The notes below the pieces were generated by a model. That model did not search any database, had not been told where the DNA came from, and saw only the letters and a program-made list of their open reading frames with translations. The translations under genes were made by a program, and so were the position numbers. This document shows positions 1 through 10,035 of a stretch of DNA of 64,000 bases, piece by piece (the first letter of the stretch is position 1; the number at the start of each line of letters is the position of its first letter). Location of the stretch: positions 186,001 through 250,000 of IMG/VR virus record IMGVR_UViG_3300035665_000001. The stretch is one strand, 5' to 3'.

Positions 1-5
1 TTGAA

Positions 6-962
6 TTGACTGAAATTCACAGAATGTTAAATTATAAGTATAATAAGGATAGTGAAGCCTTACTAAATTACCTCTATGAGTTAAAGAAAGTTGATGTTAT
101 GGTTAATACTTTAGGTAAAGTAAAAGACAGAATTGATTATAAACTAACATCAATAATCCATACACTAGAATGGTCAAAACATAAGAATATTTTAGATAAG
201 AAAATAAAAATTGGTATAGACCGAGATATTATTCTATCTTTCATTGATAGAAAGGATTATTTTGCAAAGATGCATCTTTCATTACAATTATCAATGGTTT
301 CAAAATATTCTAAGTTGTTATATGAGATATTGAAAGATTACGCTGGACTAAAAACGATTACTGTTGATTTTGGAATATTATTACCATTACTAAATGTTAA
401 TTTTGAAAATACTAGGAATGGTGAATGGTCTATGTTTAATCAAAACATTTTAATGAAATCGGTTAATGAAATCAATGAAAAATCTGATATTGTAGTTTCT
501 TATGAAGCGATTAAAGAAAAACCAGAAGGTGGTAGATTGCAAGTAACTAAAATAAAATTTACTATTGAAAAACAACCAGAAATAAGATTGTGTGAATTGG
601 GTTTAATTCCACCAAGAATTGATAATAATAAATTTTATAATAAATCAAAAACTAAACTAGATAAATTGATTAGTAGTGGTTATAAAGTTATTGATGAGGA
701 AAAATGGATTGAAACAGATATTACCAATAATGAAGAAAGATATGATGCAGAAATGCGTGTAGATATGTGGTTGAAAAGCACACCACGAGAAGATAGAAAT
801 AAGATTTATGAATTACTTGCAACAAATTTAGATGAATGTCATGAGCAATTTATCACCATTGAAGGCTATTTAATTAAAGGTATTTTTTCAAATGAAGCCT
901 ATACTAAGAATCCAATGGAAACTATTGCTGTTATGAATGATTTTTTGAGCAAAATAACATAA
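6..962 (+). CDS. repB: Rep_3 (RepB-like) plasmid-type replication initiator, probably 5'-truncated by the window edge
   Basis: SKYSKLLYEILKDY ... FNQNILMKSVNEINEKSDIVVSYEAIK ... VTKIKFTI matches the second winged-helix region of Rep_3 initiators; frame is open to the window start, so the TTG at 6 may not be the true start. Confidence 0.7.
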   Translation: MTEIHRMLNYKYNKDSEALLNYLYELKKVDVMVNTLGKVKDRIDYKLTSIIHTLEWSKHKNILDKKIKIGIDRDIILSFIDRKDYFAKMHLSLQLSMVSKYSKLLYEILKDYAGLKTITVDFGILLPLLNVNFENTRNGEWSMFNQNILMKSVNEINEKSDIVVSYEAIKEKPEGGRLQVTKIKFTIEKQPEIRLCELGLIPPRIDNNKFYNKSKTKLDKLISSGYKVIDEEKWIETDITNNEERYDAEMRVDMWLKSTPREDRNKIYELLATNLDECHEQFITIEGYLIKGIFSNEAYTKNPMETIAVMNDFLSKIT

Positions 963-997
963 ATAAACATATTAAAATAATAAAAAGGTATTCACAT

Positions 998-1513
998 ATG
1001 GCTGACGAAAAACTTAGTGCAAAATTTGCAAAATATTGTGGAGAAGGCAAACTTACCATGGTTAAAAAATATATTGCTGATAAAAATGTCGATGTTAATT
1101 GGAATATGAGTTCACCATTAACAAAAGCAGTTAAATATGATAAAATTGAAGTTGTGAAACTTTTACTATCTGACCCTCGATTACAAACCGATTTTGAGAA
1201 TAAAAAAGAGTTGCGTGGATCGTTAATGTATAATAACCCACCATTAGTTTTAAATAATGTTATTATCAATCCATTTACTGAGGCAATGTTTACTAAAAAG
1301 TATGATATTCTCGATTTATTTTTATCAGATGGTAGATTTACAACTAATCGAACTGAATATTTGGATATTTTATTAAAAATTGATGATGATGAATTGAACA
1401 ATTACTTTAAAAAAATTCCAGGGTTTAAAGAATATGCTGTTTCCAAAGTTAAAGAAAACAATGATTATGTTAAGATAATTTCTAAATCTGTTGCATCCAT
1501 TATGATGTTTTAA
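998..1513 (+). CDS. Ankyrin-repeat protein with C-terminal hydrophobic-Phe tag
   Basis: CGEGKLTMVKKYI..DVNWNMSSPLTKAVKYDKIEVVKLLLSD resembles ankyrin repeats; ends KSVASIMMF. Confidence 0.65.
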   Translation: MADEKLSAKFAKYCGEGKLTMVKKYIADKNVDVNWNMSSPLTKAVKYDKIEVVKLLLSDPRLQTDFENKKELRGSLMYNNPPLVLNNVIINPFTEAMFTKKYDILDLFLSDGRFTTNRTEYLDILLKIDDDELNNYFKKIPGFKEYAVSKVKENNDYVKIISKSVASIMMF

Positions 1514-1605
1514 GAGTTTAACCACTAACTATTTGAATAATGAAATATCTAGTTTTTTGAAGTGGTGAGGATAAATAATTAAAACAAAAATATATAGGGG
1601 AAAAT

Positions 1606-2118
1606 ATGCGTATATTAGATTTAATTTTGGAATTCCAATTTGAAGAATTAGCTCAAGCATTATTTGAAAAAACAGGTGATGGTAAGAATGCAACAGTTGT
1701 CGCATGGGCTAAAAAATTAGATATGACTTATGAAGAATTACATAAAGTATGGGATAAATCTAAAAAAATAGCAAAAAGTGATACTGATTATGGTTTGATT
1801 ATGACTATTTTTAAAAGACAGGTTACCTCACTTAAAGGCGTAACTAAAAAACAACTTAAAGATGGTGGCGATGCTAAATTTAATTATAAAGTTAGAACAC
1901 AACAAACAATAGATCAGTTATTAGACGATAAACCTGCACCAAAATCCACAAATCGAGTTGAAGTTAAAAAAGCAGCAGTAAAACTTAAAAAAATTAGTCA
2001 AGAAATCAAAGATATTAAAAGTAGACCAAATAATACACCTACTAGAAAAGCTAGAAATAAAAAGGATTTGGCTGCAGCAATCGCTAAAAGAAAAGAAATT
2101 AAAGATTCATTAAATTGA
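1606..2118 (+). CDS. Basic Lys-rich hypothetical protein, possibly virion-internal
   Basis: 170-aa ORF with GGGG-containing RBS; N-terminus MRILDLILE; Lys/Arg-rich C-half; ATAAATA upstream at about 1570. Confidence 0.55.
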   Translation: MRILDLILEFQFEELAQALFEKTGDGKNATVVAWAKKLDMTYEELHKVWDKSKKIAKSDTDYGLIMTIFKRQVTSLKGVTKKQLKDGGDAKFNYKVRTQQTIDQLLDDKPAPKSTNRVEVKKAAVKLKKISQEIKDIKSRPNNTPTRKARNKKDLAAAIAKRKEIKDSLN

Positions 2119-2127
2119 TTTGCTTCC

Positions 2128-2170
2128 CTTTTAAGGGGAAATGAACTAAATGTTAAATTCCCCTTAAAAG
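2128..2170. terminator. Inverted repeat between convergent genes, likely bidirectional terminator
   Basis: CTTTTAAGGGGAA (2128-2140) / TTCCCCTTAAAAG (2158-2170), 13-bp perfect stem. Confidence 0.6.
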
Positions 2171-3570
2171 AATATTATTTTTTTTATTTTTTCAGGTAAA
2201 TATTCTACTTTTTTGTTAGTTAACAAATATTGTATGAATTCCTTATTTTTCAATAGTGATTGTTTTAACTGATCACCATCATTTAAATATTTCATTATTG
2301 ATGCTTCATCAATAGCATAATCCATCATATTACTAATAGTCGTGTTTTCAATAAAAATTCTTATCAAATTTGTTGCAATTTTACCCTCATGAATCTTATT
2401 TCCACTAAACAATTTAAGCAATTGTAATAATATGGTAGGTTGGTAATCTGGAAAATGTACCAACAGTATTTTTAATAAAATTGCCTGTGATTGTAAGTTA
2501 GTTTCAAAAATAGTTTTTTTAATGAGTGATAACAATTGTACATTTTCATCATCTACTAATCGCAACCAGTCTTGATCTATCAGTAGTTGTAGAAATTTAT
2601 GATCCTGTAAACAGGTAAGTGTTATAACCGATGATTTTAATCTCCAGCTATTAAAATAATATTTTTTTGCATCTTTATAATCGATGAATCTTGCGAATGC
2701 TGCATTATTTTCCGTATCTAGTAGATATTGCAATATTTCTTGACCTGTTTCGAATGAAAAATCCCAATTCTTCAAGATGTTTATATATATTTTTTGATAA
2801 CTAACCCCAATTTCAAATAATTTAAATGTTTGTGATACATTGTGGTTATTGTCGTCATCAAATAATGCTAGGTTATCAATTTTAAAGTCAGACAAGTGGT
2901 ATAATATATCGGAATATATTTTGTTTTGTGATTTATCTGACATAATATGAAAAAATGAATGAATTACATCTTCAATTTTTGTAGATTTATTTTCTGTTAA
3001 AATTTTTAATAAATCTATATTTTCTTGAGCGATACTAAAATCGATTACCCAGTTTATTGGGTTTTTAACGGTTGATGAAATTTCATCTATATTATTAATA
3101 ATTAGTTTTAATTCATGTGGTTTCAACTTTTCATTAAACTGTGAAATTGGGGATTGTTTATTATCATCAAAACCATAACCCACATTTTTTGGTATGATTG
3201 AATCGTAATCAGTAGATTCGGCTGATTTAAAATTGGTTTCTATTTCAAAATCATTTTTAATTTCTTTAGAACTTAAAATATTCTCTTTTATATCTAAAAT
3301 TATTGATGAAATCACGCCATTTTCTATGGTATATGAATTTCTAATTTTGATATTATTTTTCTTTAAAATAACAACTAATTTTTCAAACTTATTATTTAAG
3401 GAGTTTACTTCATCCTTACCTAATGTATGAGCATCATAGATTTTTGAGTTTATAATGAAACCATTTTTTTGAAAAGGTTGCCATACTTGCATAATAGTAT
3501 GTATATTATTTTCAACACTACATTTTAGTCCTAAAGAAAGGACCATGTGCTCTAATTCACTTTTTTTCAT
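2164..3570 (-). CDS. Helical-repeat (ankyrin-like) hypothetical protein with C-terminal tag
   Basis: 468-aa ORF; segments like FSIAQENIDLLKILTE; ends YLPEKIKKIIFF. Confidence 0.6.
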   Translation of the reverse strand: MKKSELEHMVLSLGLKCSVENNIHTIMQVWQPFQKNGFIINSKIYDAHTLGKDEVNSLNNKFEKLVVILKKNNIKIRNSYTIENGVISSIILDIKENILSSKEIKNDFEIETNFKSAESTDYDSIIPKNVGYGFDDNKQSPISQFNEKLKPHELKLIINNIDEISSTVKNPINWVIDFSIAQENIDLLKILTENKSTKIEDVIHSFFHIMSDKSQNKIYSDILYHLSDFKIDNLALFDDDNNHNVSQTFKLFEIGVSYQKIYINILKNWDFSFETGQEILQYLLDTENNAAFARFIDYKDAKKYYFNSWRLKSSVITLTCLQDHKFLQLLIDQDWLRLVDDENVQLLSLIKKTIFETNLQSQAILLKILLVHFPDYQPTILLQLLKLFSGNKIHEGKIATNLIRIFIENTTISNMMDYAIDEASIMKYLNDGDQLKQSLLKNKEFIQYLLTNKKVEYLPEKIKKIIFF

Positions 3571-3603
3571 ATTATATTTCTCTGTTGAATATCTTTTAAC
3601 CGC

Positions 3604-4335
3604 CTAAAAAAATAGATCTTTGATTTCTGTAGGTATATATTTTAGATCCTTCGTTTTCTTATATAAGTATTTACCTATAACATTCCTCGTTTTTACATCG
3701 GATAATGCTGCAAATCTAGTTTCTAAGGATTTAATATCTATATTTCTATCTTTATTTAGAATATTTGATATAATTAATTCAACATTTTTTACTTTTTTAC
3801 TTAACGTTAAACAATATCTTATTATTGCATTGTAAATTGTTGACTCTGAATTAAATCCATCAATTTCATCGATAAGCTTGTTTAAAATTTCTACTTCTTT
3901 ACCTTTTTCTCGACTAAAAATAAGATACATAAAATCATTTATTTCTGAAAATGTTCCAAACCCAGCCATTTCTTTAAATGAACCGTCTAACGTAGCCATG
4001 TGTCTTATTATCCATTCTCTATCAATACTTTCAGAATCGAAACTTTTTTTAGCTATTGTCGAACTAAATTTGGTATAACATGTTACTGTTGAATCAAAGT
4101 AAGGTGTATCTTTTAATAGATCCATCATTTCTTTATAATCATCATATGAATCGAATTTATATTTTGACATAAATGCTGATAATATTGCTGCATCATACTT
4201 ATCAAGCTCTTTATTCGCTGGAATAGTATAAAATTCCATCAGTCTTTTAAAAGTTTTCTTTGTAGCGGGTGCTTTTTTTTTAAAAATTGAGAGAATAAAT
4301 ATTCTCCATTTAAGCTGGTTATTATTTAAAGTCAT
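3604..4335 (-). CDS. Hypothetical protein with C-terminal tag
   Basis: 243-aa ORF ending YIPTEIKDLFF. Confidence 0.65.
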   Translation of the reverse strand: MTLNNNQLKWRIFILSIFKKKAPATKKTFKRLMEFYTIPANKELDKYDAAILSAFMSKYKFDSYDDYKEMMDLLKDTPYFDSTVTCYTKFSSTIAKKSFDSESIDREWIIRHMATLDGSFKEMAGFGTFSEINDFMYLIFSREKGKEVEILNKLIDEIDGFNSESTIYNAIIRYCLTLSKKVKNVELIISNILNKDRNIDIKSLETRFAALSDVKTRNVIGKYLYKKTKDLKYIPTEIKDLFF

Positions 4336-4359
4336 ATTTCATCCACATGTATAAAATTT

Positions 4360-4490
4360 GTGAAGCACTCCGACCTAAAGGACGGAGCTTCTAATGCTTG
4401 TTTCCAAGACTTACAAAGATCTTGATTTCAATGGAAATCACAGCCTTCTCTCCCAGAGACCAATTTGTTTTGGGAACCAAATAACTTCAT
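4360..4490 (-). ncRNA. Putative TnpB-type omegaRNA/reRNA scaffold
   Basis: About 130 nt with stems TGATTTC/GAAATCA, CAAGA/TCTTG and the terminal CTCCG..CTTTAG..CGGAG hairpin ending TTCAC; inferred from TnpB right-end architecture. Confidence 0.4.
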
Positions 4491-4645
4491 GATTCTCCGA
4501 TCAACGATCCATTTATATTTGGATCTGCTACAATCTTTACAGATTGCATTAAATTTATTTTGTGGAAATCCACATTTTTATTTATATCGGATTTTGTGAA
4601 AAACTGCCTATCCATCCTAAGCCTAAAGTCCGAGGTCTTACGGTA
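4360..4645 (-). mobile_element. Non-autonomous IS200/IS605-family element (PATE-like) with both end hairpins and no transposase or TnpB
   Basis: Minus strand starts TAAGACCTCGGACTTTAGGCTTAGGATGGATAGGCAG (left-end-like) and ends AGAAGCTCCGTCCTTTAGGTCGGAGTGCTTCAC (right-end-like); the left-end part is repeated at 35831-35880 (44/50 identical). Confidence 0.6.
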
Positions 4646-4662
4646 GGAATGAATAAAATATC

Positions 4663-5136
4663 TCATAAAAAAAATATATTTTCGATCTGTGAATTTTTTT
4701 TTATCATTTCCATCCATTTTAATTCCAAAGCTATTTTATTGAAATTTTTATTGTTAGATAGAATTTCAGTTTCAAATCTCTTTATTTCCGATAATAGAAA
4801 AAAATTTGCGATTTCTCTATCCCATCTTATGTAGGTAAACAAATTTGGAAACCTTTTTAATACCTTGGTATCATTAATGTTAATTAGATTGATGTTGATT
4901 AGTCCACCATTTCCTTTATACTGTTGCACTTCATTATCTGCGTCATTTTGAGTTTGAATTATCCATTCGAGAACTCTTTCAACATTATATTTATCATTCC
5001 AACCTAATAATTCTGCATCACCTTCACGCATTTCATCAATGATTTTTAATGCTTCATGTGCTGGATCATATTTGCTGTTGTATTTGGTTTCATAAAAATC
5101 TTTGACTTTTTTCCAATATTCATTCGTATCTAACAT
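4663..5136 (-). CDS. Hypothetical protein with C-terminal tag
   Basis: 157-aa ORF ending SQIENIFFL. Confidence 0.6.
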   Translation of the reverse strand: MLDTNEYWKKVKDFYETKYNSKYDPAHEALKIIDEMREGDAELLGWNDKYNVERVLEWIIQTQNDADNEVQQYKGNGGLININLININDTKVLKRFPNLFTYIRWDREIANFFLLSEIKRFETEILSNNKNFNKIALELKWMEMIKKNSQIENIFFL

Positions 5137-5169
5137 AACCTTTGATTCCTTATTACGTATTTACTATAA

Positions 5170-6612
5170 TCAAAAAGCGAGAACATTTGATAATTTTTTA
5201 AATTTTTCATATGTTGCCTTCCCAGATTTATCGACAGTTTCTACAAAATCCATTGTACTTTTAGGAATAGTTACCACATTATCATCTATTAAATTATTTA
5301 GGATTGAATTGATTGAGGTTTTTATTTTTGGTGGGTATAAATTTGCTTCAAAATGTAACCATAACCAATCATCCGTTGATAAGTTTACTATGCGGGATTT
5401 TATTTTTTGATAGTTAAAATTTAAAGCTTGCATAATATCTATTATATGATATTTTTGTACTTTTATTCCTTTCGGCCAATTAGATTTTACTTTGAAAAAA
5501 GCAACATCGTGGTTCTTTACCAAAAAGTCTAAAATCAAACTGTTTGATAGTAATTCATCTTCTACATTTCCTGGTAGTGTGTTTATGGCTATATAACTGA
5601 TATTCAACTTTTCGAGAATTTCTTTTGTCAACATATTTCCTCGAAATAACCTAAGTATAAACCTAGCTTTTGGTGATATATTTAGTATTTTTGGTGGTGT
5701 TTCTAATACATATTTAACAATTTTGTCTGTTAATTCTATATCTTTATCTAATGCGATTGCTATACCAGTTTTAGAAAAGGCAACATCGACTAATTGTGAT
5801 TTCCATCTAGGGTCAATAAACGACCAATCGTCTGAGTTTACATTAGGGGTAAGTTCGAAATATTTTTTAATTGCGTCTATAGTATAATAAGGCTGAGAAT
5901 TAATTAGGTTGAAATTTTCTGATAATCCACCACTACTTATTAACCACAACGCAAATATTTCTGGGTCAGCTTTAAATGTAGTAGATAGTTGACTCCAAAA
6001 TAATCGTAAAATATTGTATGTTTTTTTGTCAGTGTTTTTTAGATAGTCTATTATTTCTGATCGAGTTAATAAATTTTCTGGTAAGAAAATTATTGAATTT
6101 AAATCTAATTTTAATACTTGTTCTTTTAAAGATTTATCCCACCAATCAGTATGGAAATATTTTATTTGGTATATTTGATTAGTTATCAACCATTCTAATG
6201 TTTTAGTTGATGGTTTTTCTCCATGATAATTACTAAGGAAGTTAGATGAATTTTGTTGCAAATAAGAAATTAACCGTTTTTCAGTTTGTACTTCCCCAGG
6301 TAAAAATGGAAATAGTCCATTTTTAAAATCTGTTTTTGTATATAACCTATCATAAAATTCAAGGTTCAAAAATCCACCAATACCATTAATATCGGGAAAT
6401 TTAAACCATCCAATTATATTTGCTATTGGTGGAGTTTGATATACAAAATATAATTTTTCTATTAATTTTTGCCCATTTGGTGAATCTAAAATAAAATCGA
6501 GTATCTGATTAAATGTTGGTGGGGTAATAGAAATTATTTTTTCTATTTCCGATTTATCAATCGTGGATTGTTTAGATAAATTTATAAAAATTTCATTTTC
6601 AAACGGGTTCAT
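5170..6612 (-). CDS. Large helical hypothetical protein (weak DUF4116-like segments)
   Basis: 480-aa ORF with RBS; VLKLDLNSIIFLPENLLT-like repeats; ends KLSNVLAF. Confidence 0.55.
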   Translation of the reverse strand: MNPFENEIFINLSKQSTIDKSEIEKIISITPPTFNQILDFILDSPNGQKLIEKLYFVYQTPPIANIIGWFKFPDINGIGGFLNLEFYDRLYTKTDFKNGLFPFLPGEVQTEKRLISYLQQNSSNFLSNYHGEKPSTKTLEWLITNQIYQIKYFHTDWWDKSLKEQVLKLDLNSIIFLPENLLTRSEIIDYLKNTDKKTYNILRLFWSQLSTTFKADPEIFALWLISSGGLSENFNLINSQPYYTIDAIKKYFELTPNVNSDDWSFIDPRWKSQLVDVAFSKTGIAIALDKDIELTDKIVKYVLETPPKILNISPKARFILRLFRGNMLTKEILEKLNISYIAINTLPGNVEDELLSNSLILDFLVKNHDVAFFKVKSNWPKGIKVQKYHIIDIMQALNFNYQKIKSRIVNLSTDDWLWLHFEANLYPPKIKTSINSILNNLIDDNVVTIPKSTMDFVETVDKSGKATYEKFKKLSNVLAF

Positions 6613-6633
6613 TATGTGTTCCTTACAGAATAA

Positions 6634-7122
6634 TTAAAAAGTAAAACATGACAAAACTTTAATAGCACGTAAAACTTTGTCTATTTCAGTTGATAATTGA
6701 GTTACAATAGTATTCATCTTCATATCAATCTCACCATCTACATGATATAGTGTGATCATTGTTTTAAGTTTTAGTTTTTCATCTAATTCAGCAACCAATA
6801 CATCGGAAATACCTTTGAAAACTAAAGTTGCTGAAAAATCTCTACGAGATGGTGCTTTATATCCAGCACCTAATTCTGAAATTTTAATGGTTGCTACAAC
6901 TTTAATATTATTTACCGGTTGAGTTATAAATGTTATTTTTGTTTTTCCATCAAAGGATGAAACTTTATTCTCAGAATCATATATAATTTCGGTTAAATTT
7001 ATATTAAGTTTATTGAACATATCATCCATTTTTTTGGAAGCGATATCTGTTAACATTTCAACATCATCTTTAAAAGTGTTTCTATCTTGTGCTGATAACA
7101 GTAGTGTTTTTTTAACTGACAT
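6634..7122 (-). CDS. Hypothetical protein
   Basis: 162-aa ORF with GAGAGGAG RBS. Confidence 0.65.
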   Translation of the reverse strand: MSVKKTLLLSAQDRNTFKDDVEMLTDIASKKMDDMFNKLNINLTEIIYDSENKVSSFDGKTKITFITQPVNNIKVVATIKISELGAGYKAPSRRDFSATLVFKGISDVLVAELDEKLKLKTMITLYHVDGEIDMKMNTIVTQLSTEIDKVLRAIKVLSCFTF

Positions 7123-7142
7123 TTTTTTATTCTCCTCTCATA

Positions 7143-7769
7143 TTATAGAAATAGTAAATTTTTCATCTTGCTAGATAAAAACTTTTTATCTTTTGTTAGT
7201 TGCACAAATAATTTCAAAATTTTATCTGTGGTCATATTATTATCAAAAACTGCTGAAAATATATCATTGTTTTCTTTACAAGTTGCAAATTTTTGCCCAA
7301 AATCAGAAAAAATCTGTAAAATAATTTCCTCAGAATAATTTTTTTTAGGGTATTTAAAAAAGTTATACCAGAACGTTTCCCAGATTTTATCTGATACTAT
7401 GTTTGTATGATTCATTATAAACTTATATAATGTTAACCACTCAGTATCACTGGCAAAAAATTTTTCATTTTCAAGAGGTTGCATTAAATAAAAACTATAT
7501 GTGGTATTTGATGAGATGAATTTGATAAAATCAAAAATCCATTCCTTTTTAAATGCTTCGTTGTCGTAAAACAATTTATAAACTCTACTATTTTTGTTGA
7601 ATATTTTTACTTTTTTGGGGTTTGTCAACACATTAAAGAATTCATCATTTATATTTTTACTCGACACTATAGCTTCAATAATATCATCGACATCATCACT
7701 GACTAATAATTTACAAAGGTCTTTGGATGATAGGTTATGTATAGTTTCATTATTATTTGAATTTGGCAT
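7143..7769 (-). CDS. Hypothetical protein with C-terminal tag
   Basis: 208-aa ORF ending FLSSKMKNLLFL. Confidence 0.65.
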   Translation of the reverse strand: MPNSNNNETIHNLSSKDLCKLLVSDDVDDIIEAIVSSKNINDEFFNVLTNPKKVKIFNKNSRVYKLFYDNEAFKKEWIFDFIKFISSNTTYSFYLMQPLENEKFFASDTEWLTLYKFIMNHTNIVSDKIWETFWYNFFKYPKKNYSEEIILQIFSDFGQKFATCKENNDIFSAVFDNNMTTDKILKLFVQLTKDKKFLSSKMKNLLFL

Positions 7770-7780
7770 AATAGTTTACC

Positions 7781-8593
7781 TTACAAAAACAATATATTTG
7801 CAATTTTTTCAGGGATGTACTTATTCGATCTTGTACTAGCGAATGCAGCTTTTTTAACTGCCATTGTTGCATTTTTATGATTGACAGCCTTATCTCTGAA
7901 TCCCTCTAAAAAACTAAAATTTCTAACATCTAATGGTGCTGAAGCAATATCGATAAGAATTGATTCATCTAAATCATCAAATTTTAATAATGTACCAACG
8001 ATAGAATACCAGATATTATCTTTGTATGACCAATCAGCATATTTTTTTAATTTATCATACCAGTCATTTATCAATTTTTTAGTAACATTTTTTGCTGCTA
8101 CTAATTTTTCAAATGCTAGGTAATTGTAATTTTTTGTATTGGGTGGTAATACCCACATATTAAAAAATAAATTTAAATGATTTTCTGTTATGGATGGGTT
8201 TTGAAGAACCTGAGCATAAGATGATGAACTTCGCATTAACGCATTGATTATACTGTCATCGATTACTGGGTTTTCAGCTAATAGTCTTCTAATTTTACCT
8301 CGCAATCCCAAGTTTTTGGATTTTGTTGCTTGTGAGATGCTACTTTGTTTTTCTTCGGTACTAATGTCCTTTAATGTTTTCATCATTAAACGTATAGTAT
8401 CGGGTGTTAAATTTGGATTTAATGCCGCTCCAATCCAGGCGTTATAATTTATTTTATCTGTAATAGTGATTAATTTTTCAACTTCTTTCAATGGTGCTTT
8501 AGAAAATTTTTCACCATCTTTTGTTAATTTAATGTCACTATCAATTGCACCTTGTAATCTAATTTGTCTATCTAAGTATTGACTCATACTCAT
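7781..8593 (-). CDS. LRV/HEAT-like helical repeat protein with C-terminal tag
   Basis: Repeats AALNPNLTPDTI, LAENPVIDDSII, VLQNPSITENHL, AVNHKNATMAV; ends YIPEKIANILFL. Confidence 0.6.
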   Translation of the reverse strand: MSMSQYLDRQIRLQGAIDSDIKLTKDGEKFSKAPLKEVEKLITITDKINYNAWIGAALNPNLTPDTIRLMMKTLKDISTEEKQSSISQATKSKNLGLRGKIRRLLAENPVIDDSIINALMRSSSSYAQVLQNPSITENHLNLFFNMWVLPPNTKNYNYLAFEKLVAAKNVTKKLINDWYDKLKKYADWSYKDNIWYSIVGTLLKFDDLDESILIDIASAPLDVRNFSFLEGFRDKAVNHKNATMAVKKAAFASTRSNKYIPEKIANILFL

Positions 8594-8615
8594 AAAATAA
8601 CTCCGGTTGTAAATA

Positions 8616-9944
8616 CTATATATTTATTTGGTAGGTGGTATTATTATCTAAATCAATTAACGCATTTCTAAGTGGTGGGGTTATTATCTCTTTTAATGCG
8701 TTTAATAGATAATCAACATCATCTTTTGTATGGGTATAATGAATGGAGATTCTCAACCAACCCATATCTGGTCTACTGTTTGGATCGTTTGGTAATCCAA
8801 GAAGTATATGTCCGTATGGACCAGCACAACTGCATCCTGCACGAGTTTCTAGTTGATATTGAGTTGATAGTTTTTCACATAGTTCTTCGGGAGTAAAACC
8901 TTTAACATTTAATGAACATATACCAATATTGGGAACATCCATATTTCCATAAACAGTAACATTAGGAAACGTACTCACTTCAGAAACGAAATACCGATGT
9001 AATTCTTTTTTGATATTCTTAATTTTATCTAATCCGAAATCATTTCGTAATTTATACGCTTTGGCAGTTTTTATAAATTGTAATATGCCCGGAGTTCCTG
9101 CATTTTCTCTAATATGTAAATCATCGTCATAATAGTGTTCTTCTGAATTAACATAACAAACTGTTCCACCACCTGCAAAAGTGGGTGGTAATGTAGTATC
9201 AACTAACGATTTTCTAATTACTAATAAACCTACACTACCTGGTCCACCAATACATTTATGTGGTGACATAAACATTACATCATAAAATGAGGAGGGTATA
9301 TTGATGTAAGGTGAACTTGTAGCAGCATCTAGACATAGCACAGCGTTATACTTCCTTGCTATGACACTTACCGCCTGTACATCGGTTATAATTCCAGTTA
9401 CGTTAGATGCTACGGATAAGCAAATATAAATTTCTCGATTTTTATTTTCTTGTAGTTTTTTTTCCAAATCTAATAAACATAATGTACCTGTATCATTTAA
9501 ATTTAATCGTATTATATCGGCAATGGATTCTCGATATGATACATCATTTGAGTGATGTTCATATGGACCGACTAATACTACAGGTTTATCAATTACTTTT
9601 ATTTCACATCGACGTTTTGTTCGTGGTGGTAAATAAATTCCAATCAATTCCTGAAATTTTTTTATTGCCGCTGTAGATCCATAACCTGCAGGTATTATTT
9701 CAAAATCGAAAGGATTTATTTCAAGTAATTTAAATAACGCATTTCTTGAAGTGGTCCAATGTTCGTTCATATAATTTGAAAGGGTTGCATCTTTAGAATG
9801 TGTATTTGCGTAATGTGCTGAAATTTGTTTCATTTCGGCTTCAATACTTTCAACACAAAGACCACTGGCAGTATAATCGAAATATTTATTTGCATTGGGA
9901 TTTATAAATTTGATTTTCACAGTTGCGATTTCCTTAGGTTGCAA
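8616..9944 (-). CDS. Aminotransferase class V / cysteine desulfurase-like PLP enzyme
   Basis: YFDYTASG, YANTHS, GSTAAI, EHHSN, DAA, SPHK (PLP Lys), GTPG, RAGCSCAGPYG (catalytic Cys loop). Confidence 0.9.
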   Translation of the reverse strand: MQPKEIATVKIKFINPNANKYFDYTASGLCVESIEAEMKQISAHYANTHSKDATLSNYMNEHWTTSRNALFKLLEINPFDFEIIPAGYGSTAAIKKFQELIGIYLPPRTKRRCEIKVIDKPVVLVGPYEHHSNDVSYRESIADIIRLNLNDTGTLCLLDLEKKLQENKNREIYICLSVASNVTGIITDVQAVSVIARKYNAVLCLDAATSSPYINIPSSFYDVMFMSPHKCIGGPGSVGLLVIRKSLVDTTLPPTFAGGGTVCYVNSEEHYYDDDLHIRENAGTPGILQFIKTAKAYKLRNDFGLDKIKNIKKELHRYFVSEVSTFPNVTVYGNMDVPNIGICSLNVKGFTPEELCEKLSTQYQLETRAGCSCAGPYGHILLGLPNDPNSRPDMGWLRISIHYTHTKDDVDYLLNALKEIITPPLRNALIDLDNNTTYQINI

Positions 9945-10035
9945 TGGTTTCGAGAATAAAATTATTTATAACATTTTTTTAAGAATTATTGTTAATCTTT
10001 AGTATAATAATTTTTTAATATAAAGAGAAAATAGA

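Noticed and set aside
4487-4717. Track ORF as a TnpB or transposase
   Set aside because: It is only 76 aa, crosses the element boundary into the neighbouring gene and has no RuvC or HuH motifs; at most a trace of a TnpB C-terminus.
998-8593. Eukaryotic giant virus or bacterial chromosome origin, suggested by ankyrin repeats and ABC/PLP genes
   Set aside because: Shine-Dalgarno sites, sigma70 promoters, gp17-like terminase, UvsX-like RecA and the small-ORF array fit a jumbo bacteriophage; no ribosomal or other core cellular genes are present.
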